Counted from the first letter of the stretch, positions 16,899-25,915 are shown. The stretch is 36,183 nt of DNA from Minisyncoccia bacterium (GCA_041485465.1 JBGPJO010000006.1:1-36183), one strand, 5' to 3'. Translations and numbers: made by a program. The notes: generated by a model not told the origin, from the sequence alone.

Positions 16899-17996
16899 TC
16901 AGTGTCGGTTAATGCCGCCGATCAAATCATAGATGGGTAGTATCACGGCAAGAGCGACCGAGACGACCGCAATCCAGACGATAAAGAGAAGCATCGGTTC
17001 AAGAATGACACCGAGGTTTCTCGTCGTCGTATCTGACTTGTCTTCAAAAACAAGTCCGACTTTAAGGAGGACCTCTGAGAGATTCCCTGACTTGCTGCCT
17101 GTTATTATAAGTTGCTGAATCGGCGGCGGAATGAGTCGATCCGCTTTCTTAAATGAGGTAAAACTTTTTTCGAGTGAATTGCCGTCAGTCAAATTTTTTC
17201 GCATATGAGCATACAACTTTTTATATTGGTCGGCTTGGGTTGCTTCTTCAAGAGAGGAAAGGGCTTCGAGAATGGGAATACCGCTATCAAGAAGCCCACC
17301 GAGAATCGAACCGAATCGGGCAAGCTCAACTTCCTGAAGCAGACGGTTTACGCCAGGAATCGAGGAGAGAATGTATTCGCCGATTTTTTTAGTCGCAGAC
17401 AAAAAGAAAAGAATATAGAAAAGAAAGCCGAGTGCGACAAGGAAAAGAGGAATTGCGATACTGCCGTATTTTGAAAGAAAAGTTCCGAAAGAGAGAAGAA
17501 TTTTCGTAACAAGCGGCAATTTCAGCTTAAGTTGGCTGAAAAGCGTGGCAAGGCGGGGAAGAATAAACCATGAGACGCCAATACCGACGACAAGCGTAAC
17601 CCCGAAAACAAACCCGGGATACATAAGGGCTGAACGAACCTTTGACTTAAAGGTTCTCTGTTTCTCTTCCTGTTCGCCAAGCATCTTGAAATTTTTAACC
17701 AATTGACCGGTTTGTTCTCCGATCCGGATCAACGACGACACGCGTTTCGGAAAAAGACCGCTATTTTCGAAAACTGTCCACAGTGGCAATCCGAGACTAA
17801 GTTCTTCTTCCATTTTTCCGATAATGATTTTCATGCGCTTCGTTCGAACACTTTCTTTAATCGATTGAAGCGCACTTGACACATCAACTCCCGCCCCGAG
17901 CAGTAATCCCAGATTTTCCGTCAAATAATCAAGATCTTTTTCAATACCAAACCGTCCCAGAAATTTTAGGGGGGTCTTGTTATCCGTGCTTGCCAT
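16899..17996 (-). CDS. pilC: Type IV pilus/T2SS platform protein (PilC/GspF)
   Basis: LIRIGEQTGQL, ALMYP, LEPMLL...ILPIY; three TM segments. Confidence 0.92.
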   Translation of the reverse strand: MASTDNKTPLKFLGRFGIEKDLDYLTENLGLLLGAGVDVSSALQSIKESVRTKRMKIIIGKMEEELSLGLPLWTVFENSGLFPKRVSSLIRIGEQTGQLVKNFKMLGEQEEKQRTFKSKVRSALMYPGFVFGVTLVVGIGVSWFILPRLATLFSQLKLKLPLVTKILLSFGTFLSKYGSIAIPLFLVALGFLFYILFFLSATKKIGEYILSSIPGVNRLLQEVELARFGSILGGLLDSGIPILEALSSLEEATQADQYKKLYAHMRKNLTDGNSLEKSFTSFKKADRLIPPPIQQLIITGSKSGNLSEVLLKVGLVFEDKSDTTTRNLGVILEPMLLFIVWIAVVSVALAVILPIYDLIGGINRH

Positions 17997-18003
17997 GATA
18001 TCT

Positions 18004-19668
18004 CTATGATTCGGGTGCCGCGACCCGCAAGAGCTCTTCTAAAGTGGTGATGCCCCCCTTTACTTTCGAAAGGCCGTCTTCGAAGAGAGAACGGGCTCCC
18101 TCTTTTCTCGCAAGCTCTGAGACTGCCGATTTTGCCGGCCGCACGGCGATCAGTTCCTGCATTTCCGAAGAATTTCGAATCAATTCAAAGATGGCGATTC
18201 GCCCAAGATAGCCGGTGAAGTGGCACGCCTCGCATCCTTTCCCCCGATACAGCGTTATCTCTTGTTGATTTTTAAAATAAGGCGAAGCCTTCGGCATTTT
18301 TGCCTCAATTTCTTGTGTGCTCGCGGTGTAACTTATTTTGCAATGCCCACAGATTTTGCGTACCAGCCGCTGCGCAATAATGAGCTCGAGTGTTGATCCG
18401 AGAAGAAAGGGTTCAATGCCGATGTCGAGAAGCCGTGGAATGGTCGTTGCCGCATCATTCGCGTGGAACGTCGAAAAAAGCAGGTGCCCCGTCAACGCGG
18501 CGTTGACGGCGATTTCGGCGGTCTCGCTATCCCTGATTTCGCCGACAAGAACGATGTCGGGGTCTTGTCTCACAATTGAACGCAGGCCGCGCGCAAAAGT
18601 GAGATCCGTCTGGGGGTTTGTCTGCATCTGATTAATGCCCTCGATTTTATATTCAACCGGATCTTCAATGGTTGTGATATTTATTTCACTGCTATTTAAG
18701 GAATTAAGGAGGGCGTAGAGTGTCGTTGTTTTTCCGCTACCCGTCGGACCGGTAACCAAAATCATCCCAAACGGTTTCTTGGCCGCCTCCATGAGGATTT
18801 TCTGGTCATCAGTATTAAGCCCTAACGTGTCGGTCGTGAAGCTCGTTATATATTGCGACAAGAGCCGAAGCGCTACTTTCTCGCCATCTAAGGTTGGTGC
18901 GATCGAAACACGGATGTTAACCACTCCCTCATTTCGGGTATGTCTCAGAGAACCGTCTTGAGCCTTGAAGTGCTCGTCGATGGGTAGGTGAGCAAGAATT
19001 TTTATGCGGTTCAAGATATTCTCGTAATATTTTTTCGGTATTCTTGTCGCTTCAAGAAGCACGCCGTCAATCCGGAAACGGATTACCGTTTCTTTTTCTC
19101 TCGGTTCGAAGTGTATATCCGACGCATTGAGATGAACGGCATCCTCGATGATTTCATCAATTACTCCCGGGACGAAAGCACTTTTCGATTCGAACATCTC
19201 CGCAAAACGGACAGCGAGAGGTTTTTCATAGAGTTTTAACGCAAGGTCAATCGTTTCAGGAAGCGCATACTGAACAGTCACTTCCTTTCCCGTGAATATT
19301 TTTTGAAGTTCCGTGAGTAGGTTTTCAGCGAGTGGTTTATCGGAGGCGATCGTTACCAAGAGGGGATTTTCGGAAATGAAAATAACTCGGTAATCGCGAG
19401 CGACTTTTTCGGGGATTTTTTGAATCTGGTCGCGGCTTGTCGGCACGGAGTCTTTCTCCGCGTATTTGACGCCAAACGTCTCGGCAACCGATTGTCCCAA
19501 TAAATCCCTGGTAAGGAGACCGCGCTCAATGAGGGCTTCTGCAAGGGAAATTTTTTTATCCGCGGCTATTTTTTGGGCCGCCTCGAATTCTTCTGCTCCG
19601 AGGTAGCTCCCTTTAAGGAGGATATCTCTTAATTTTTCCTCTGGAATTAGTCCGTCAATTGGAGGCAT
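18004..19668 (-). CDS. pilB: Type IV pilus assembly ATPase (PilB/GspE)
   Basis: ASDIHFEP, Walker A GPTGSGKTT, TIEDPVE, RQDPDIVLVGEIRD, TGHLLFSTFH, tetracysteine motif. Confidence 0.93.
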   Translation of the reverse strand: MPPIDGLIPEEKLRDILLKGSYLGAEEFEAAQKIAADKKISLAEALIERGLLTRDLLGQSVAETFGVKYAEKDSVPTSRDQIQKIPEKVARDYRVIFISENPLLVTIASDKPLAENLLTELQKIFTGKEVTVQYALPETIDLALKLYEKPLAVRFAEMFESKSAFVPGVIDEIIEDAVHLNASDIHFEPREKETVIRFRIDGVLLEATRIPKKYYENILNRIKILAHLPIDEHFKAQDGSLRHTRNEGVVNIRVSIAPTLDGEKVALRLLSQYITSFTTDTLGLNTDDQKILMEAAKKPFGMILVTGPTGSGKTTTLYALLNSLNSSEINITTIEDPVEYKIEGINQMQTNPQTDLTFARGLRSIVRQDPDIVLVGEIRDSETAEIAVNAALTGHLLFSTFHANDAATTIPRLLDIGIEPFLLGSTLELIIAQRLVRKICGHCKISYTASTQEIEAKMPKASPYFKNQQEITLYRGKGCEACHFTGYLGRIAIFELIRNSSEMQELIAVRPAKSAVSELARKEGARSLFEDGLSKVKGGITTLEELLRVAAPES

Positions 19669-19779
19669 GAAAATTGTTTAATAAGTTTTCAATGCAAATG
19701 AAAAAGTTCTTTAGCCCGACGTGTTATTGTAATGATACTACAAAGATTTCTCCATACCTATAAGGGTTATTAGATTTTA

Positions 19780-19807
19780 TTGTCAGAGGATTCTTTTTTG
19801 TTAGAAT
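19780..19807 (+). promoter_or_regulatory. Putative promoter of tRNA-Val
   Basis: TTGTCA-N16-TAGAAT, 11 nt before the tRNA. Confidence 0.6.
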
Positions 19808-19818
19808 GCGGAAAACCT

Positions 19819-19891
19819 GCACCCTTAGCTCAGTTGGTAGAGCGTTCCCTTCACACGGGAAAGGTCATAGGTTCGAATCCTATAGGGTGCA
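19819..19891 (+). tRNA. tRNA-Val(CAC)
   Basis: Acceptor GCACCCT/AGGGTGC; anticodon arm TTCCC-TTCACAC-GGGAA; T-arm ATAGG-TTCGAAT-CCTAT. Confidence 0.95.
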
Positions 19892-19993
19892 CCGGTCTTT
19901 GCGAAAGTTTATTAAGTTTCAAAAGTGATGTAGAGTGGTGAGGTTTTGAAAAGGGAAGAGATGAGTATAATTATTTCCGATTGAGCGCTCAGT

Positions 19994-20064
19994 CGGGGTG
20001 TAGTACAGGGGTAGTATACACGCTTCGGGTGCGTGAGACCCGAGTTCGATTCTCGGCACCCCGA
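19994..20064 (+). tRNA. tRNA-Pro(CGG)
   Basis: Acceptor CGGGGTG/CACCCCG; anticodon arm CACGC-TTCGGGT-GCGTG; T-arm CCGAG-TTCGATT-CTCGG; TATAAT at 19966-19971. Confidence 0.93.
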
Positions 20065-20091
20065 CTAAGCGCTCAACCCCGTCTACATGAG

Positions 20092-20162
20092 GGGCCTATA
20101 GTTCAGTGGTAAAACGCCGCATTCGCATTGCGGAGGCGGGGGTTCGATTCCCCCTAGGTCCA
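20092..20162 (+). tRNA. tRNA-Ala(CGC)
   Basis: Acceptor GGGCCTA/TAGGTCC with G3:U70; anticodon arm CCGCA-TTCGCAT-TGCGG; T-arm GGGGG-TTCGATT-CCCCC. Confidence 0.93.
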
Positions 20163-20173
20163 CAAAAAAGACA

Positions 20174-20623
20174 TTATTTTACGATAACAGTACCGCGATC
20201 GTTAGGATTTATATGATTGTGGTATTTCCAAGCCCCAATCTTGGTAAATGTGTATTCGTAAATTCCATCTCCATGCGCCAAGGCTAGGTGCAGGAACAAG
20301 AATTTATCTTTCATATTTATTATTTCCTTTTGATCAAACCCGGGCAAATCGGTATGGGTGGGGTGGGGATCGGAAGCAACCCACATTGGCCGACCGGAAA
20401 CATTAATCCAGGCTACTGTAGTTCCAACCTTGACCGCTACTGTTTGAGGGTCAAATCCTTTTTCTGTATAGCGAACTTGAACTTGAGCGATTTGCGCGAC
20501 AGAAGTGGTTGCCGAAGAGCCATTTTCTAAACGCTGATAGTTCTTGTATGGCAACCATATCCCAATTACCCAAACAGCCGATAAAACACCGAGAATTAAA
20601 AGGATATTTCTCAAGTCTATCAT
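20174..20623 (-). CDS. Membrane-anchored cupredoxin-fold protein (His-rich, no Cys)
   Basis: N-terminal TM helix; GFDPQTVAVKVGTTVAWIN, WVASDPHPTH, YEYTFTKIGAWKYHNH...GTVIV; likely start ATG 20623. Confidence 0.85.
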   Translation of the reverse strand: MIDLRNILLILGVLSAVWVIGIWLPYKNYQRLENGSSATTSVAQIAQVQVRYTEKGFDPQTVAVKVGTTVAWINVSGRPMWVASDPHPTHTDLPGFDQKEIINMKDKFLFLHLALAHGDGIYEYTFTKIGAWKYHNHINPNDRGTVIVK

Positions 20624-20680
20624 CTGATAAGTATGTTTAACTCCATTCCATTTTATCATATAATTACACTAGTATTTAAA

Positions 20681-21499
20681 ATGAAGATCGATTTTATTTC
20701 AGATATCAATAAAGATCTTGGGGCTGATCTTAATTACCCTAAAGTTGACCGTTTTATACTTAAAGTGCTCTGGGGACATTTAGTGGTTTTTCTGCTTTTC
20801 ATTATTGCCGACGCCATTGTAAAACTACCGAGCATTTATCCGAGCCCATTCGGCTGGAGAGTAATTAGCTACAACGAAGCGTTCTATGCATTTTTGCTCG
20901 CCATAGTAATAACCCTTTTTCCAACACTTCTCATAAATATAATAAGAAACCGTTATTTCTGGCGGGTGATCGTAACGTTTGCATTGACAATTTACTCCTA
21001 CTTGCTTGTTTTTATTACCGGAGGATCAATCGAAGCGCATTTTCATTTCTTTATCATTGCCGCCCTGCTTGTCGTCTATGCTGATTGGAGGCTAGGCTGG
21101 ATTCTTTTGGTCTTAACAGGATTGCATCATGGCATTTTAAATTATTTTGAACCGGGGTGGGTCTATTTTTATGGTCGTAACGATTTTTCAGTGATCTCTC
21201 ATGCTTTGCCGGTCTTGGTGGCGGTAATCTTTACAACTATGCTTTGTAACAATAATAGAAATGGAATTATTTCACTTAAGGACAGTAAAAAAAGTCTTGA
21301 GACGAGAACTGCGGAGTTAGAGAAACTAAAAGGTAGTCTTGAGCATAGAGTGGGGGAGCAAACCACCGATCTTGAGAATAAAGTTTCCGAACTCCAAAAT
21401 ATTAACAAACACATGATTGATCGCGAGTTAAGAATGGCTGAATTGAAAAAAGAGAACGAAGAATTAAAGAAGAAAATTGAAAATTCTCCGAGACAGTGA
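20681..21499 (+). CDS. His-rich integral membrane sensor-like protein with C-terminal coiled coil and no enzymatic output domain
   Basis: About six TM segments with LWGH, IEAHFHFF, YADW, GLHHG, ISHA; ends in LEHRVGEQT...DRELRMAELKKE; ATG 20681. Confidence 0.8.
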   Translation: MKIDFISDINKDLGADLNYPKVDRFILKVLWGHLVVFLLFIIADAIVKLPSIYPSPFGWRVISYNEAFYAFLLAIVITLFPTLLINIIRNRYFWRVIVTFALTIYSYLLVFITGGSIEAHFHFFIIAALLVVYADWRLGWILLVLTGLHHGILNYFEPGWVYFYGRNDFSVISHALPVLVAVIFTTMLCNNNRNGIISLKDSKKSLETRTAELEKLKGSLEHRVGEQTTDLENKVSELQNINKHMIDRELRMAELKKENEELKKKIENSPRQ

Positions 21500-23781
21500 T
21501 TATGTCTCAAGAAGCACAAATTATTGATGTAAAACAGGTCGCTCTTGGCACAGTCGAATTGGTTTTGGGGCTTAGCAAAGAATTCGATTTTCAAGCCGGC
21601 CAATATATTCGAGTTATAGTGCCGCGTCTTATTTCTGAAGACCCGCGCGGCAACAGCCGCGATTTTTCAATTGCTTCTTCTCCCCGTAATGAAAACAAGC
21701 TGTCTATTGCTTTTCGAATATCAGAAAGCCCTTTTAAGCAGAGTATTTTAAGATCACAGCCTGGCACAAAAGTTACTGTTGAGGGCCCTTTTGGCAATTT
21801 TATATTACCGGCAGATACTCAAAAGTCCGTTGTCTTTTTAGCTGGCGGTATCGGTATCACTCCATTTTTGAGCATGATCCGCTTTGTCACGGAAAAAAAA
21901 TTGCCCCACAAGATAAAATTGCTTTATCTGAATAAAAACCCCGAGAGTGGCGCATATTTGTCGGAATTGAAAAAACTTGAAAAGCAAAATCCAAATTTCG
22001 TTCTAAATGAAAAATTCGGACTGCTCGATCGAGAATTTATCGAAAAAAGTGTCAATACCACAGGGAACATCTGGTACATCGCCGGCCCGCCCTCGATGGC
22101 GAAAGAGGCGAGAATAATACTTGACCAACTGGGAATCACCAATGACGATATTTTGATTGAGGAATTTACGGGCTACCCCTTTCCATCAACAGACGGCAAA
22201 GAGCTCCCGGCGATCACGCCCGAGCATTCAATCGCCGATATTGAAGCGATATTTCAAGCCTTAAATAAATCCGTTCTTGTTTCGGAGACTGACACCAACG
22301 GCACCATTATTTATGCCAATGATAAGTTTGTGGAAACCTCAAAATACAGTCTCGAGGAGTTAATCGGACAAAATCACAGGATTCTTAAATCAGGTTTCCA
22401 CAAAGCGTCATTCTATGAGGATTTGTGGAAGACTATATCAGAGGGAAAAGTATGGAGAGGCGAGATAAAAAATAAAGCAAAAGACGGCACCTTTTACTGG
22501 GTTGATGCCAATATTGCTCCGGTTCTAGATAAAAACGGGAAATCAGTGAAATACATTGCTATCAGGTTTTTAATCACCGAACGCAAAATGATGGAGGAAA
22601 AGCTAAAAACTCAAATGGAAGATACTGAAAAAACAAAATTAGCCATTCTCAATCTGCTTGAAGATATTGAAGAAGAAAAAGAAGGCGTGGAGCGCAAAGT
22701 TGTTTTGCGCACCCGAGAGCTTGAAGTGGAACGGTCCCGTCTCCTCGCTTCCATCAACAGTCTCTCTTTTGGTTTTATTATTGCTGACCTGAATCATCGT
22801 ATTCTTCTTAAGAATAATGCGATGTTGGAGCTTTTTGGCGCAGAGAGTAAAGAGATTATCTCGATTGAAAATATCTCGAGTCTTTTTGGGAAAGAATTTG
22901 ACATTAAAGGAGAAGCGGAGCGGTGCGTGAAAGGGGGAAAGGTCTGTGAGATAAAAGAAATAGTTTTCGGCAAGAAATTTCTCCGTGGCATTATTGCTCC
23001 GATTGTGATGGCGCACGACCATGGCGAGATCATTGGTTATGTGTTTTTGCTCGAAGACATCACTGAAGCAAAAGTGATGGAAAGGAGCCGCGAAGAATTT
23101 TTTGCTGTTGCGTCTCATGAACTGCGCACGCCGCTGACCGCTATCCGCGGAAATGCCGAAATGATTCTTGATATGTATGCCGACAAGGTGACCGATAAAG
23201 ACATGAAAGAGATGCTTGTAGATATTGATACATCAAGTGTGCGGCTCATCGAGATCGTAAACGATTTTCTTGAAGTTTCTCGTCTTGAACAGGGAAGGAT
23301 TCAAATCAAGAAAGAAGTATTCAATATCTCCGAAGTGATAGAGAGAGTGATTAGGAATTTAGAGGGGAGCGCGAAGAAAAGGGGACTCCCCCTTCTTTAT
23401 GTAGTGCCTAAAGCGCCTCTTACCAATGTTATTGCCGATAAAAACAGAGTTGAACAGATAATGGTGAACTTAATCAGCAATGCTATAAAATTTACTGAAA
23501 AAGGGAGTGTCAGTATCAATGTGGAGTCAATTCCCAACTTTTTGAAAATTCAAGTCATTGACACCGGTATTGGTATCTCGCCCCATAATCAAACTCTACT
23601 TTTCAGAAAATTCCAGCAGGCGGGAGAAAAAATTCTTGCACGGGACATTACTCAAGGAACGGGTCTCGGTCTCTATATCTCTCAACTTCTGGTATCGAGT
23701 ATGGGAGGAACCATTGCTCTTGAAAAAAGTACTTTTGGTGAGGGCAGTACATTTACATTTACCATTCCGATTGCCACATGA
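21496..23781 (+). CDS. FNR-like FAD/NAD(P)H oxidoreductase-PAS-PAS-histidine kinase fusion
   Basis: FQAGQY, RDFSIAS, EGPFG, AGGIGITP, YIAGPP, EEF; PAS YANDKF...ELIGQNHRILKSG...KNKAKDGTFYWV; H-box SHELRTPL; NLISNAIKFT, DTGIGI, GTGLGL, GEGSTF. Confidence 0.93.
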   Translation: MIMSQEAQIIDVKQVALGTVELVLGLSKEFDFQAGQYIRVIVPRLISEDPRGNSRDFSIASSPRNENKLSIAFRISESPFKQSILRSQPGTKVTVEGPFGNFILPADTQKSVVFLAGGIGITPFLSMIRFVTEKKLPHKIKLLYLNKNPESGAYLSELKKLEKQNPNFVLNEKFGLLDREFIEKSVNTTGNIWYIAGPPSMAKEARIILDQLGITNDDILIEEFTGYPFPSTDGKELPAITPEHSIADIEAIFQALNKSVLVSETDTNGTIIYANDKFVETSKYSLEELIGQNHRILKSGFHKASFYEDLWKTISEGKVWRGEIKNKAKDGTFYWVDANIAPVLDKNGKSVKYIAIRFLITERKMMEEKLKTQMEDTEKTKLAILNLLEDIEEEKEGVERKVVLRTRELEVERSRLLASINSLSFGFIIADLNHRILLKNNAMLELFGAESKEIISIENISSLFGKEFDIKGEAERCVKGGKVCEIKEIVFGKKFLRGIIAPIVMAHDHGEIIGYVFLLEDITEAKVMERSREEFFAVASHELRTPLTAIRGNAEMILDMYADKVTDKDMKEMLVDIDTSSVRLIEIVNDFLEVSRLEQGRIQIKKEVFNISEVIERVIRNLEGSAKKRGLPLLYVVPKAPLTNVIADKNRVEQIMVNLISNAIKFTEKGSVSINVESIPNFLKIQVIDTGIGISPHNQTLLFRKFQQAGEKILARDITQGTGLGLYISQLLVSSMGGTIALEKSTFGEGSTFTFTIPIAT

Positions 23782-23849
23782 TAAACTTTAATCCAAAGAG
23801 TCTTGCGCTGTCGCACCTTACTCTACTAGTAGAGCCAAATATCTAATTT

Positions 23850-24242
23850 ATGAAAAAAATATACCTCGTCGAGGATGATACATATGTAAGCCGAATGTAT
23901 GAAAGGGCATTTCGTTTCAGCGGCTACGAGGTTGAGGTTGTGGGCGACGGTGAGGTGGCCCTCAAACAACTTACAGAAATGAAGAATCTCCCCTCAGCAA
24001 TTGTACTTGATGCCATGATACCGAATATGAGCGGTCTTGATGTACTGCGTAATATAAAAAAAGATTCTCGTCTCAAAAATATTCCCGTAATCATCCTGAC
24101 CAATTCTTTTCTGGAAGAAAACGCAGAACAATTTATATCTTCGGGGGCCGATTTATATCTGGTTAAAATAGAGAATACCCAAAAAGACACTGTCCAAAAG
24201 ATCCATGATCTGATAGAGAATTACAAGGGCCAGAAAAAATAG
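23850..24242 (+). CDS. Single-domain response regulator (CheY-like)
   Basis: LVEDD, VLDAMIP phosphoacceptor, ILTN, YLVK. Confidence 0.9.
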   Translation: MKKIYLVEDDTYVSRMYERAFRFSGYEVEVVGDGEVALKQLTEMKNLPSAIVLDAMIPNMSGLDVLRNIKKDSRLKNIPVIILTNSFLEENAEQFISSGADLYLVKIENTQKDTVQKIHDLIENYKGQKK

Positions 24243-24277
24243 AAAATAACTGATTAATTTCTCCAAAAAGAAACCTC

Positions 24278-24676
24278 ATGCCTCCTATTTTTATAGCTGA
24301 AGACGATCCTCTGATGGGGAGGATGTACGAGCGAGCATTCCGCTTAAATGGTTATGATTTAAAAATGGCGTTCGACGGAGAACAGGCGCTCTCGATGCTA
24401 CTCGCAGCAAACCCGAAGCCCTCTGTCATCATTCTCGATGTGATGATGCCGAAGATGAGCGGTTTTGACGTTCTTAAAAAAATAAAGGAAGATGCGGATC
24501 TTAAAAATATTCCAGTCATTCTTCTCACGAATCTCGCGGGCCAAGAGGACGCCCAAAAAGGGATCTCGATGGGTGCGCTCATGTATCTTGTGAAGAGCGA
24601 GTACAACCCAAAGCAAATTGTCGATACGATTAAAAAAGTGCTTGAGACAACGCCCGCTCCTCAAGGAGGCGCATAA
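24278..24676 (+). CDS. Single-domain response regulator (CheY-like)
   Basis: IAEDD, ILDVMMPKMSG, LLTNL, YLVKS. Confidence 0.92.
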   Translation: MPPIFIAEDDPLMGRMYERAFRLNGYDLKMAFDGEQALSMLLAANPKPSVIILDVMMPKMSGFDVLKKIKEDADLKNIPVILLTNLAGQEDAQKGISMGALMYLVKSEYNPKQIVDTIKKVLETTPAPQGGA

Positions 24677-24697
24677 AAGCTCCGCTCACTGTTTCTT

Positions 24698-25813
24698 TTA
24701 GCGCACGGATTGGTAGCCGCCCTTTACTCCGCTTTTTGAGAGGATGACTTGCCAGAGTTCTATGCGTCTCGCGCGAAACGTGCCGGCGCAGGAGAGAAGG
24801 TAGTATTTCCACATCCTGTAGAAGTGCTCAGAATATTTTTTTGAAAGCGTTGGCCAGGCATGGTTGAAATTTTCAAACCAAGTCATAAGTGTCTTGTCAT
24901 AGTCGGCGCCAAAATTATGCCAGTCTTCCATGACGAAGATACCTTCGATCGCTTTTCCAATTTGAGGAATCGATGGAAGCATCCCATTGGGAAAGATGTA
25001 TTTCGAAATCCATGGATCGCCGGCATGTCGCGAGAGATTATCACCAATAGTGTGGAGAAGAAAAAGGCCGTCGTTCTTGAGGAGTTTTGCGGCAATTTCC
25101 ATGTAGGTGCGGTAGTTTTTAAGACCAACATGCTCAAACATACCGAGTGACACTATATGATCAAACTGGCCTTCGACCTTCCGGTAATCTTGAAGCCTGA
25201 TTTCAACGGGCAATCTATTTGCAAGTTCTTTCCCGAGCAGTGCTTGTTCTTTCGAAACGGTTATACCGAGAACTTTTGCTCCGTACTTCTCGGCGGCGAA
25301 AATAGCAAAACTACCCCAGCCGCAACCGATATCAAGAACATAATCTCCTTTCTTCAGTCCTATTTTACGGCAGACGAGGTCAAGTTTATTTTCTTGCGCC
25401 TGATCAAGTGTTTTCGCATTCTTCCAATAGCCGCAGGTATAGGTGAGGTGCGTATCAAGCATCGCTTTATATAAGTCGTTCCCAATATCGTAATGGCGTT
25501 CTCCGATCTGAAACGCGCGAGTTTCGTCCTGCAGGTTAAAAAATAATGCCTTGAGGTATTGAAATAAAGCTTCAAGAGATGTCACTTTCTCATCAAGGCG
25601 CGCCTCTAGAATTTTTTCAAAAAATTGATCAAGTGATGGCGTATCCCACCACCCCTCCATATAGGTTTCTCCAAGAGCAAGAGAGGCCCCTTGGAACATT
25701 CGCGAGTAGAATCTTTTATCATGGACCTCTATATCCCAAGGTTCTTTGCCGCCGACGGTGACGCCAGCAATCGAAAGCAGGTTTTTTACCCATGTTTGTG
25801 CACTTGTTTCCAT
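24698..25813 (-). CDS. cfa: Cyclopropane-fatty-acyl-phospholipid synthase
   Basis: LGETYMEGWWD, HYDIGNDLY, YTCGYW, VLDIGCGWG, SLGMFEHVG, KYIFPNG, RMWKYYLLSCAGTFRAR. Confidence 0.93.
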   Translation of the reverse strand: METSAQTWVKNLLSIAGVTVGGKEPWDIEVHDKRFYSRMFQGASLALGETYMEGWWDTPSLDQFFEKILEARLDEKVTSLEALFQYLKALFFNLQDETRAFQIGERHYDIGNDLYKAMLDTHLTYTCGYWKNAKTLDQAQENKLDLVCRKIGLKKGDYVLDIGCGWGSFAIFAAEKYGAKVLGITVSKEQALLGKELANRLPVEIRLQDYRKVEGQFDHIVSLGMFEHVGLKNYRTYMEIAAKLLKNDGLFLLHTIGDNLSRHAGDPWISKYIFPNGMLPSIPQIGKAIEGIFVMEDWHNFGADYDKTLMTWFENFNHAWPTLSKKYSEHFYRMWKYYLLSCAGTFRARRIELWQVILSKSGVKGGYQSVR

Positions 25814-25880
25814 AGTTCTTTGGATTAAAGAAATCTTATCAAAAAATTGGCTTTGTATCTCCAGAGTGCAATTTAAGACA

Positions 25881-25915
25881 CAAAAAGAGCCGAGGCATTG
25901 CCTCGGCTCTTTTTG
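25881..25915. terminator. Bidirectional-type intrinsic terminator downstream of the DUF4383-like gene
   Basis: Perfect 17-bp inverted repeat CAAAAAGAGCCGAGGCA-t-TGCCTCGGCTCTTTTTG. Confidence 0.85.

Noticed and set aside
13983-20162. Pilus locus as a tRNA-integrated island
   Set aside because: No integrase and no duplicated tRNA 3' end; the shared GGTCCAC is explained by both flanking tRNAs being alanine acceptors.
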